From the NCBI GenBank assembly GCA_947623795.1, contig CANQHS010000001.1, forward strand, positions 1-31,024: a DNA stretch of 31,024 nt. Reading direction: 5' to 3'. The stretch's first letter is position 1; every line of letters begins with the position of its first letter. The notes under the pieces were generated by a model that was not told the DNA's origin, did not search any database, and was given only the letters and a program-made list of their open reading frames with translations. A program made the translations under genes and the position numbers. Of the stretch, positions 15,176 through 25,400 are shown in pieces. The DNA is from an uncultured Clostridia bacterium. GTDB taxonomy: Bacteria; Bacillota; Clostridia; Christensenellales; UBA1242.

Positions 15176-18100
15176 ATGGTGGCGAACAAAAGGACACATG
15201 TTTTAATAGCAAGTTTTGTTTTATTTTTGCTTGCTGCAAGCGGATTGATTTTTATTTTTCCTGAGCAGCAAAAAGATTTTGTTTGCGCAAGTTCAGTCGC
15301 TGCAGAAACAAGTTTGGCCACAACCGACATTTTTGAAGATTATACTCAAACGCGCCTAAAACAAGAATATGCCTCGCAAGAAATTCTTTCCGAACTCAAA
15401 ACGTCTGGGGAAATAGATGAAATGGTGTATGCCCGAGCAATTGATGTTCTAAAAGGCAATGTTAAATATTCTCCCCAAAGAGAGTTTTCATCCAAATTTG
15501 AAAATGACCATAAAATCGACCAAGTGGGAGATATCGCCGCATATTCAAAAAATGAACTTAAATGTATTTGGCCAGCAAGCGAACTTATTATAACGGGCAT
15601 ATATGGAAAGCCTAATTATGCTTTTAATGTATTTGTTGAAGCGGACGACACGACCGACAAACTGCCATCCATTATATTTTCGCAAAATCACGGATATTAT
15701 TATCATTGGTATGACAAAATACAACTTAAAAAGGGCCTAAACAAATTGACCTTTCCAACTTTTGGGCTATCATATATTGACAAAGATGAAATAAGGGGCG
15801 GCGCTGTTTATTTATGCAATCCTTATTTCCCCGATGAACAGGGCGAAGTTAGCGTTTATATCGAGGGTGGCGGCTATTATCCCGTTTTTAGAAAGGGCGG
15901 AAATGAAAAAGAATTTTTAAATTTTTTAAAAGAATATGAAAGTGAGCGGGAAACAAAAAATCTGCTTAATATGGCAGAGTTGGTCACCGATCACGCCATA
16001 ATTTCAACGACATCATATTCACTTTATGATGTGTATTTTAACAACAATGTCATAACTCCGAGCGAAAATCTTGAACTTTGGGGCAATTATTTCACAACGC
16101 TTTTTGAGTTTAACGGGATTCCAACAAGCAAAGACTCTTCGCTTGACATTCCATATAATTCGAGAAATGATTATGTCAAAATAAATTTTAGATATATGAC
16201 TGTTTATCAGGGCTCGGGTGCTTATTCATATGAATATCATATTGGATGGTATTATGAGCATTATTGGTTTGCAAATTTCTACAATGCAAAATATCCAATG
16301 ACTGATCACAAATTATCAGAACATTTGATTTTTGGAATAGGGCACGAACTTGGGCATGCTTTGGATAACGAGCCGCGAAAGATAAACGAAACAACAAACA
16401 ATTTCACTGCCGCAATGGCGTATTATAAAATCTTAAACATGCCGCACTATGAGCAATATCAGCCATTTGAAAAAACGCTGAAAGCACTTGCAAGCGATTA
16501 TAACATAAATTATAAAGCATATGACGATGGGCAGATTATGTACACGAAAAATGATTATCCAACCAATTATGACCACAACTATCTCATTTGGTGGGACCTT
16601 GAAGCAGTTTTCCCCGGCTTTTGGGCAAGGTTAAATAATTATTTTAGGAATCCGCACGAAACGGGAATAAGAAAAGAGGAACAATATGTGTATTATTCTT
16701 CTCTTGCAACAGGCGTTGATCTATCAAACTATTATGAGCGTTGGGGATTTTATGATGGGAAAAGTCCATCATATTGGAAAAATAGATTTATTTATAATGA
16801 ATCATCTCAAGAGTTTAAGGCATTAATGAAGCAAGCGATTTCGACCAACAAAATTTCAACACAATATGACCATTTTTGGTATGCGGATGCGGAACAATAT
16901 AACTTTTCTCTTGAGCATCAAAATGTGTTAGAAAATGAAAAGGAATACATAAACGGGAAGCCGACAATAACAAAGATAACAAAATCTGGCAACAAAAGGA
17001 CATTGTTCATCCAAAGCGAGAAAAGCGAAAATCATCTTGGCTATGAAGTGATGTCCAAAACGTCAGAAAACGATTGGAAAGTTGCCGGATTTACATATTC
17101 CTCTTCGTTTGTTGATGAAAATAATTATGCTTCCACTCCAACATATAAAGTAGTGGCGGTCAACAGATTTTTTAGAACGAGTGAGCAAAGCGCAGAGTAT
17201 TCTAATGTTTCTAACGAAAGTGCATATGTGTGTAAGATAGATGATAAAAATTACACAAGTCTTAATTCAGCAATAGACAACGCTTTGGACGGTCAGACGA
17301 TTTATCTTCTCAATGACTGCTCTTTGGCAAATGTGGAATTTAGCAGAAAATTGACAATTGAAGTTGACCCATCCGTTCAAAACGATATATTGATTTCCAC
17401 AAATAAATCATACATACATTGCAACAGCGATTTTAACATTGTTGGTAGGAAAAATGCGCGCATTATAATTGACGGGAAATCACTCGATACATCCAACCCC
17501 GTTATCTATAGCACAAAAGGCACATTCACTGCTGATTATGTCACCTTTCAAAATTTAAGATCGAAATTTTTGGCTGCAGCAATTTATGCGCAAGGAGCAG
17601 ATATCAATATTTCAAATTGCATTTTCTACAATTGCAAAGATTTGCACGAAGACGGCATTGTTAGGGCAACGCAAAACTTAAAAATCGAAAACTGCACATT
17701 TATAAATTTAAGTGAAGTTTGTGTGAATATTTCAAATCTTGGAAATTTGACACTTTCTAAAACAATAGATGATTTAACACTTAATTTCGATGATTTTGAT
17801 GATGAAAAAATAATAAATTTAGATGGCGAATTTTTGCAAGAAAATATCGGCAAAATTAAACTAAAATCTGGCTATTTAATGGATTATAAAAACGGTCAAT
17901 TAAGTGTTAAAAAACTTTTGTTTAACTTGAAGTTTTTTATATCCGGTTCTCAAATTCAACAAGAAGTTAAAACACCAACTTTTGTTTTTGGTAGTGAAGA
18001 TCATAACTACAATTTAAGCGACAATCAATATGTACAATACATGGACAAAAACACCAATAAAATTTATTTAACTGGAGACGAAATTCAACTTGAAAAGGAT

Positions 18101-19792
18101 ATGGAATTTGATTGTGAAATTAAAGAAAAAATAGAGATAAAAATGTTTTATGATGGAGGCAACAACTCAAATTTCTATCATGAACAAGAGGAAGTATATC
18201 TTCCAACTATAGACGAAAATGGGAAACAAGTTTTTGCCTATTTGGACGGACAAAAAATATATTATTCTGGTCAAGTTTACAAGGTTGAAAAAGCAACAAC
18301 TCTAACAGCAATTTACGAGGGAAATTTTGTTTATCGATATATTGTCAGAAACAAAATTCATAGTGTTGGCTATGACACATATGGCAAAAATTTAAATCTG
18401 TTGCAACTTGGCGAAAAAAACTTTCTTGGTTGGCAGTGTGGCGGCAAATTTGTGACAACTAATTTGACCTTGCAAGGCGATTCGGATTTGATTGCTGTGT
18501 TTGGCGAAGAAGGGGTTGTTTATGACCTATCTCAATGTAATATTGTGATTGATGGAAACTATACTTATTCTGGCCAGCAAATTATTCCTAATTTTGTTGT
18601 TTATTATAACGATAACATTGTTCCTTCAATTTATTATTCAGTTTCATATTTTGATAATGTCGACGCGTCAAATCACGCGCGAATTGTAATAAGCGGAATC
18701 GAGGGAATTTCGATTGGAAACAAAACGGAATATTTTACAATCTCGGCAAAAAAACTTTTGCTTAAAGACGTGCGAGTTGAGGGTTTGAAAAATTATGTTT
18801 ATGATGGCAATCAGACAAGGCAAAATCTAACTTTGTATTTCAACAACATTCAAATTGAAACTTATTCGATGAGATATATAGGCGATCGAACAAATGCGGG
18901 AGATGTGCAGGTTGAAATTAGTTTTTCAAATAACTTTTCTGGAACAATCCTTTTAAACTACAAAATCGAAAAAGCGGCGAGAGCTGACTTTAGAGTTTCA
19001 CAATCGAATTGGACATTTGGCGAAACAAAACCCGAACCGCAAACAACAGGCAAAATGGAAACGAGCTCGATAAGTTTCTATTATTCAACGTTAGAAAATG
19101 GCGAATATTCTAGTTCAATTCCAAAAGATGCTGGCAGCTATTGGATTAAAGCAAAAATTGATGAATCAACAAATTATTTAGCGGCAGAATATAAGGCTCA
19201 ATTTAAAATTTTGCCAAAAGAAATTTCTGTTTTGTCATTTGATGTTCAAGACTCGAACTTGTTTTACACTGGGCAGCAAATTAAACCAAAAGTGGAAATA
19301 AAAAATGGCGAAACAATTTTGAAAGAAAATGTTGATTATAGTTTGACATATCAAAACAATATCAATGCGGGCAAAAATGCAGCGATAAAAATCCAAGGAT
19401 TAAAAAATTATGCGGGCACAAAAAATTTGACATTTGAAATTAAAAAAGCCACAAGCGTTAATTTCAACACAACAATTCATTTGCAAAATAAATTTTCTAG
19501 CCTATCCGAAGTGGAGTTGCCGAACGATTTTGAGTGGGATATGGATTCACTTGAACAAGTGTCTGAAAATGAAATGAAGGCAGTTGCAATTTACACGGGC
19601 AGCAACTATGATATAAATCGACTTGAATTTAGAATTTTAATAGATGATAATTCATCAAATCAAATCGCAGAACAGTCGGGATTTAGTTTATTTTGGCTTG
19701 CGTTTGCAATCCCGGGCGTTGTTTTGGTTATATCGTGTATTAGCTTAGTTATCATTAGACACAAACGCAACAGCTGGTGGAAAAATAAATGA
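15176..19792 (+). CDS. M60 (enhancin-like) metallopeptidase, large surface-anchored multidomain protein
   Basis: Signal/TM at the N-terminus; GHELGH plus downstream ETTNN (M60 gluzincin pattern); FN3-like segment (TYKVVAVN), beta-helix-like stretch, MBG-like repeats (Y.GQQI.P...Y.NN.NAG.A.I.I.G); C-terminal TM and basic tail. Confidence 0.8.
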   Translation: MVANKRTHVLIASFVLFLLAASGLIFIFPEQQKDFVCASSVAAETSLATTDIFEDYTQTRLKQEYASQEILSELKTSGEIDEMVYARAIDVLKGNVKYSPQREFSSKFENDHKIDQVGDIAAYSKNELKCIWPASELIITGIYGKPNYAFNVFVEADDTTDKLPSIIFSQNHGYYYHWYDKIQLKKGLNKLTFPTFGLSYIDKDEIRGGAVYLCNPYFPDEQGEVSVYIEGGGYYPVFRKGGNEKEFLNFLKEYESERETKNLLNMAELVTDHAIISTTSYSLYDVYFNNNVITPSENLELWGNYFTTLFEFNGIPTSKDSSLDIPYNSRNDYVKINFRYMTVYQGSGAYSYEYHIGWYYEHYWFANFYNAKYPMTDHKLSEHLIFGIGHELGHALDNEPRKINETTNNFTAAMAYYKILNMPHYEQYQPFEKTLKALASDYNINYKAYDDGQIMYTKNDYPTNYDHNYLIWWDLEAVFPGFWARLNNYFRNPHETGIRKEEQYVYYSSLATGVDLSNYYERWGFYDGKSPSYWKNRFIYNESSQEFKALMKQAISTNKISTQYDHFWYADAEQYNFSLEHQNVLENEKEYINGKPTITKITKSGNKRTLFIQSEKSENHLGYEVMSKTSENDWKVAGFTYSSSFVDENNYASTPTYKVVAVNRFFRTSEQSAEYSNVSNESAYVCKIDDKNYTSLNSAIDNALDGQTIYLLNDCSLANVEFSRKLTIEVDPSVQNDILISTNKSYIHCNSDFNIVGRKNARIIIDGKSLDTSNPVIYSTKGTFTADYVTFQNLRSKFLAAAIYAQGADINISNCIFYNCKDLHEDGIVRATQNLKIENCTFINLSEVCVNISNLGNLTLSKTIDDLTLNFDDFDDEKIINLDGEFLQENIGKIKLKSGYLMDYKNGQLSVKKLLFNLKFFISGSQIQQEVKTPTFVFGSEDHNYNLSDNQYVQYMDKNTNKIYLTGDEIQLEKDMEFDCEIKEKIEIKMFYDGGNNSNFYHEQEEVYLPTIDENGKQVFAYLDGQKIYYSGQVYKVEKATTLTAIYEGNFVYRYIVRNKIHSVGYDTYGKNLNLLQLGEKNFLGWQCGGKFVTTNLTLQGDSDLIAVFGEEGVVYDLSQCNIVIDGNYTYSGQQIIPNFVVYYNDNIVPSIYYSVSYFDNVDASNHARIVISGIEGISIGNKTEYFTISAKKLLLKDVRVEGLKNYVYDGNQTRQNLTLYFNNIQIETYSMRYIGDRTNAGDVQVEISFSNNFSGTILLNYKIEKAARADFRVSQSNWTFGETKPEPQTTGKMETSSISFYYSTLENGEYSSSIPKDAGSYWIKAKIDESTNYLAAEYKAQFKILPKEISVLSFDVQDSNLFYTGQQIKPKVEIKNGETILKENVDYSLTYQNNINAGKNAAIKIQGLKNYAGTKNLTFEIKKATSVNFNTTIHLQNKFSSLSEVELPNDFEWDMDSLEQVSENEMKAVAIYTGSNYDINRLEFRILIDDNSSNQIAEQSGFSLFWLAFAIPGVVLVISCISLVIIRHKRNSWWKNK

Positions 19793-19964
19793 TTTTAGAT
19801 TTGTAATTTAAATAAAAAATCAAAAAAAATTTAGAAAAATTAAAAATTTATTGTAAAAATCAAAAAAAAATTTAAAAATTTCAATAAAAAAATAAAAAAT
19901 ATTAATAAAAATAAAAAAATTAGGAAATGTAATAATTTTTGAATTTAAAAAAAATTTGAAATTG

Positions 19965-20004
19965 AAAGAGAGAAATTGGATAGAAAAATTTTTCTCTTTT
20001 TTTT
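19965..20004 (+). terminator. Rho-independent terminator after the M60 gene
   Basis: AAAGAGAGAAATT / AATTTTTCTCTTT 13-bp stem (one G.U) plus a T-run. Confidence 0.65.
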
Positions 20005-20005
20005 C

Positions 20006-20015
20006 GGGGGGGGGG
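20006..20015. repeat. G10 homopolymer tract
   Basis: Ten consecutive G in a very AT-rich intergenic region, upstream of an extended -10 (TGTTATAAT, 20047-20055). Confidence 0.9.
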
Positions 20016-20095
20016 CACTATTTTACTAGGAAATTTACAAAATATGTGTTATAATGACAAAAGTAGACATAATACAATAAGGAGAAAACCATTAA

Positions 20096-20815
20096 ATGTT
20101 AGTAGTAAAAAACCTTTCAAAGAAATATCCTAAAAACGAAAAATTTTCTGCACATAATATAACTTTTACTGTTAAAACGGGCGAAGTTGTTGGCCTTGTT
20201 GGAAGCAACGGAGCGGGAAAATCAACTATAATAAAAAGTATAATTGGCGTTTTGCCATTTCAAGAAGGTGAAATTCAAGTCGATGGCTACGATATTGTGA
20301 AACAAAGTGAGCAAGCGAAAAAGCGCATTGGCTATGTTCCGGACGACCACTCAGTTTATGAAAAACTCACCGGCAGAGAATATGTTAACTATATGGGAAG
20401 TTTGTATGGGGCAACAAAGGGACAGAAAAAATATGCAATTGATGTTTTAGCAAAACAATTCAATATCGATTATGCGCTAGACACACAAATTGCGAACTAT
20501 TCGCATGGTATGAAGCAAAAAATTTGTTTGCTTGGTGCAATAACCCACAATCCGTCGCTTTGGATTCTTGATGAACCTATGGTTGGTCTTGATCCTCAAA
20601 CTATGGCATTGCTTGTAAAATACATTAAAAATTATGCAAAGAGTAATCGCTCAGTTTTGTTTTCATCACATAGTTTGGACACCGTTCAAAAAGCGTGCGA
20701 CTCAGTCATTTTCATCAAGCATGGCGAAATTGCGCGCATTGTGGATATGAAGAAAAATCCAAATGCGGATTTGGAAAAAATGTTTATGGAGATAAACGAG
20801 GTGAAAGATGTTTGA
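20096..20815 (+). CDS. ABC transporter ATP-binding protein (ABC-2 exporter type)
   Basis: Walker A GSNGAGKS, signature YSHGMKQK, Walker B WILDEP, H-loop FSSH; AAGGAG RBS. Confidence 0.95.
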   Translation: MLVVKNLSKKYPKNEKFSAHNITFTVKTGEVVGLVGSNGAGKSTIIKSIIGVLPFQEGEIQVDGYDIVKQSEQAKKRIGYVPDDHSVYEKLTGREYVNYMGSLYGATKGQKKYAIDVLAKQFNIDYALDTQIANYSHGMKQKICLLGAITHNPSLWILDEPMVGLDPQTMALLVKYIKNYAKSNRSVLFSSHSLDTVQKACDSVIFIKHGEIARIVDMKKNPNADLEKMFMEINEVKDV

Positions 20816-22409
20816 TTTCATCCGTTTGCAACTTAAACTTAAATGGGGGCTAAACCGCAACAACAACAAAATTAACGCAATAATGACAACTGTTATTGCG
20901 CTTCTTGCAATTGGTGTTGCACTTGCTCTCGTTTGGGGGCTTTCATTTGTGCTAAAATCCAGCATTTCGGCTAAAGCAAAGGACCTTTCTGTACTTTACA
21001 TAACAATTGTGATGATTGGTCTGACTGTTGTTGCAACCGGCATGCAGATGAACAGACTTTATAGGCCAGGGGACATCAACATAACAGCACGTTTTCCGTT
21101 AAGCCCATTTAAGATGTTCATAAGTTGCTTAATTTTGAATTACATCGATTTACTTATATATTCAACAATCCTTTTGTTGCCAATCATGATTGTGTTCGGC
21201 GTTGCAATGCATTGTATAACAGCTAGTTTTATCTTTGGAACAATTTTGGGCATTTTGTTTTTGCCAATTGTGCCTTTTGCGTTGTCAATTTTTATTGCAA
21301 TTCCAATAATGTACATAAACACTCTTTTAAAAAAGCATAACTTTATTAGACTTATTTTATTCATCGCGTTTTTAGTGGCATGTTTTGTGCTATATTATTA
21401 TCTTTTAAATGTGCTTGCAAACTTTTTTATCCATCGCAATTGGGAAGAAGGCACACTTGAAATTTGGCAAAACTTAATCAATGGGGTTAATGGCTATTAT
21501 AATCCAGCATACTATCTTTCCAACATTATTTTCTTTGACCATTTTTGGCTTGGCGCGGGAGCAATGCTCGGCTTTGCGGCCGTGCTTTTGACGATTGGCA
21601 TTTTGGTTGCAAAATTAGTTTACACAAAAATAAGAACAAAAGTGCTTGATGGCGGCTCGGATGTTTATAAAAGATTTTCTAAAATCGACGGAGCAAATAG
21701 TTCACTCGCCATTTTCAAACACACCATTAGCGAAATTATTCACACAAAAACCTATTCATACTTTTATCTTGGCGTTGCAATATCAACCCCAGTTATGGTG
21801 TTCTTTTGCAATAGGCTAGTTAGCCTTGTTGGTGAGGCTCAAATTGGTGCGGGCATAAACTTTGGTGCTTCGATGTTGGTTATCGCGGTGTTTATGGCAA
21901 TGATTGGCTCGTTTTCTGCCACGATATTAAGCATAGAGGGGAGAAACTTTTACATAACAAAAATGATTCCGGTTAACTTCCGCAAACAATTGCTTATTAA
22001 AGGCGTTGTTAATGTGGTGGTTAGCCTTGGCGCACTGCTCATTAGTGCAATCGTTTTGGCAGCACTAAATTTTGTTAGTATGACTGAACTAATTATTCTT
22101 GTTGTGTCGCAAATTCTGTTCGTGATAGGTCTTGTGTTCAATGGCATAAATCTAAATTTGGCAAATCCAAATCTAAAACCAAAAGCCAACGGTGAAGCGG
22201 AAGAAATAAATATAACTATCATGCTTATTATTGGCATTTTGGTGGCGGCCGTGTTCGGCGTTGCTGGCATTCTGCTTCCAAAAGTTTGGGATAGTTCAAT
22301 TGTTGGAACATATGTTGTTATCATTGCTATTGGACTTGTCTATGCACTTGTGAACTTCCTCGTTTTCTGGTTTACTGCCAATAAAAAATATAGGAAAATT
22401 GAAGTTTAG
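20808..22409 (+). CDS. ABC exporter permease (multi-TM, internally duplicated)
   Basis: About 12 or more hydrophobic helices; SIEGRNFYITKMIPV motif typical of ABC-2-type permeases; overlaps the ATPase gene. Confidence 0.8.
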   Translation: MFDFIRLQLKLKWGLNRNNNKINAIMTTVIALLAIGVALALVWGLSFVLKSSISAKAKDLSVLYITIVMIGLTVVATGMQMNRLYRPGDINITARFPLSPFKMFISCLILNYIDLLIYSTILLLPIMIVFGVAMHCITASFIFGTILGILFLPIVPFALSIFIAIPIMYINTLLKKHNFIRLILFIAFLVACFVLYYYLLNVLANFFIHRNWEEGTLEIWQNLINGVNGYYNPAYYLSNIIFFDHFWLGAGAMLGFAAVLLTIGILVAKLVYTKIRTKVLDGGSDVYKRFSKIDGANSSLAIFKHTISEIIHTKTYSYFYLGVAISTPVMVFFCNRLVSLVGEAQIGAGINFGASMLVIAVFMAMIGSFSATILSIEGRNFYITKMIPVNFRKQLLIKGVVNVVVSLGALLISAIVLAALNFVSMTELIILVVSQILFVIGLVFNGINLNLANPNLKPKANGEAEEINITIMLIIGILVAAVFGVAGILLPKVWDSSIVGTYVVIIAIGLVYALVNFLVFWFTANKKYRKIEV

Positions 22410-22417
22410 GAGATTTT

Positions 22418-25400
22418 ATGAAAAAATTAATAACCTCAACAATAATCGTTCTACCATTAATCATTTTGGCGATTATGCTTGTGAGTGGTGCATTGCTTAG
22501 TATAACCACTCATATTTACGTTGAAGCCATAGAATTGGAAAAGGACGATGTTATACGTTTGCGTATGGAAGATGAACTCAACCCTCCAACATATAACCTG
22601 GCAGAGGAAGTAACAATTTTGCCATTAAAAGCCACAAATAGAGGGCTAAGTTATAAAACCGATGACGAAACAATTGCAAAAGTAGACAACAATGGTATCA
22701 TAACTGCAGTTTTCTATGGCGAAACTTTTATTACAGTCACAAGCAACGAAAATAAAGCTGCAACAGCAAAAAGAAAAGTTGTTATAACCGACACCGCTGT
22801 GCACGCAGTGCGTTTGAACAAGGACTATGAAACCGATATTTATGAAGGACAAACTCACCAAATGTCGGCAACAATTCTTCCAGCAGAAGCTGGGAATCAA
22901 GGCGTTATTTGGTCAAGTTCAAATCCAAAAATTTTGGATGTTAGTCCAAGCGGCATGATAACCGCTCGCGGGGCAGGGAAGGCAGAAGTTATTGCCACCT
23001 CGCAAGAAAAAGGAACAATTTTTGATAAGCTTGAAATAACTTGTCATAAAAAATTATTGGATATAACTTATAGTGGCAATTTTCAAACGTCTGCAACTCA
23101 CACTCAATTTCCAAATATAACCCCATTGCCAAAAGATGATGATAATCCCGAGAACACCATCGACCCGGCTGATGTTAGTTATAGTTATTCATCAAGCAAT
23201 GACGAAATAGCAACTGTAACGAAAACGGGCGCAATAACATTTTTGCAACCGGGCAGAGTTACAATAACAGTGTCAGCAACCGACTTCAATGGCACAGAAG
23301 TTACAAAAAAACAAGATTTCGTTTCTACAATGGGATATTATAAGGACTCAATTTTCAATTCTGAACAATTCCTTTGGAGCGAGTGCCATGCGGGAGAGCA
23401 AGTCCCAGCAAATTGGTTTGCCCCTCAATATGACGGAACGTATTTGGGGTTTAAGTCAATTGAATGTTTGGCAGACGGAATAAATTTGATCGCCGACATG
23501 ATAACATATGATTCAGACACAAAAACATTTGTTTTTGGCGATGACATTGAGTGTGAAAGTTTTATTCAAGTGACTCTCACTTCAACAATTTATAATTCAA
23601 GTTTGGACATCCTTGAAGTGGATAAAACTGAAACCTTCAGAATCAATAAAAACGCAATAGAATCGGGCGTTAATGCAAAATTAACACTAAATGGCAGTGA
23701 ATTAAAAAACGACAAAAACGGAGAAACAAACAACATAACAATCCACGACATTGGCGACAGCATTGATTTAATAATAAGCGACGCAAGTGCAATGCCAAAA
23801 ATAAGCGGAGATTGTGTTAGTGTTACAATTTCAGAAGATGGCAAAAAAGTTACATTAACTGCCAAAGATGTGTGTACTAATCAAGAGCTAATCTTAGCAG
23901 TTGGTGTTTCAAGATTTAAAATTACATTAAATATCGAAGCAAAAGCCAATCAACTTGCTGTTAACGTTGGCGATTTTGCATTGCAAGATGGCCAAACATA
24001 TAACACTCTTTTGAACGAACTTACATTTACTGTCGTTCCAAGTAGGACCGACAAAAAAACAATAACCAACAGTACCATTTCATATTCTTATGACAAAGAC
24101 AGTTGGCTTTCTTCTACAAATGGAATTATTAATGCTGACACAAGCCGCGGCGAAATTAATTTCAAATGTGGCAACGCGGAATTTAAGATCAATTTGCAAA
24201 CTATTACATTGAAAGATTTCGGCATAAGAATTTCTGCATCTATGAGCCGTGTTGGCGGAAGTGTTGAGTTATATGAGATCGAGAGTGTAAAAAATGTGGA
24301 AACTGTACAGTCCTTTGATGTTCCAAGCGATATACAAGATAGCGTAACTCTTGAAATTGTGCCTAATGTTACAATTTTGGGCGGATTTGGGAATGACGAT
24401 AATTTCTTTAAAAGCTTATTTGAAATAAATTTTGTTGATACAAGTTGGCAAGCAGGCTATAGCGCATCAAACAGCCAAATAACAATAAGTTTTGGAGGAG
24501 CTAGAGCATTTGACAACAAAATCACAGTTTTATATGACGATCTTTCAATAGATTTGCGATTTGTTCGCATCAAATTAACTTCAATTGATTTTAACGGATT
24601 TGAAAATAATCTGCATGCTGGATATCAGCAAGCGAACGTGTTCGCAAAACATAGTTATTATCAATCAAAAGTGGAGTATTTCAAAGTTCCTTTCCAAGCG
24701 TATGAAGAGGCGGACACTTTGGCAACATCAGACACTATTGACACAATAAAATGGCAACTTTCTAGATATGTTGGCAATAGTGTAGATGAACAAATTACAA
24801 CACAAATCGGCAAAAAGGTTATATATAAGGGCACGGAATACACCTTAACTCAAGATGGTGAAACATATGTGCTTAAAGATAAAGCGGGCAATAATATCGC
24901 AGGCAAAGATGGACAGAATGCGCAAGGCATAACGTTTGTAGACATCTATTCTGAGCCAGGCTATGCACGTGTGTATTTTGGAAATATTGCGGGTTTAAAA
25001 GAAATTGATGTACAAAACGACTATTTTGGCAATTTTGATGACAATCCAACTTGGAGTCAACCAAGCGATGTTGAGCCGGACGGTAGCGATAGAAGTTTTG
25101 CTCACTCTGAAAACGCGTTTTCGTTCTTGCGCGTTGAAGCGGGCGATGGTGCAAACAATGGAATTAACTGCCATTATAACTTTAATGTGTTGGACGATTT
25201 GGGCGGTGGAGAAGGCAACAAAATTTATAATATATTTAACGCCAATGGATATTATCAATTTTCTAACATTGTGTTGCACACTTCGCTTTATGGTCCGGGC
25301 GAATTAGATGGTGATGACCCAAAAATTCAACAGAAAAAACAAGAGGCGGAGGAAAACGACCTTTTCTTAGATTATAAAGTTAACGAGAGCACATATGAAA

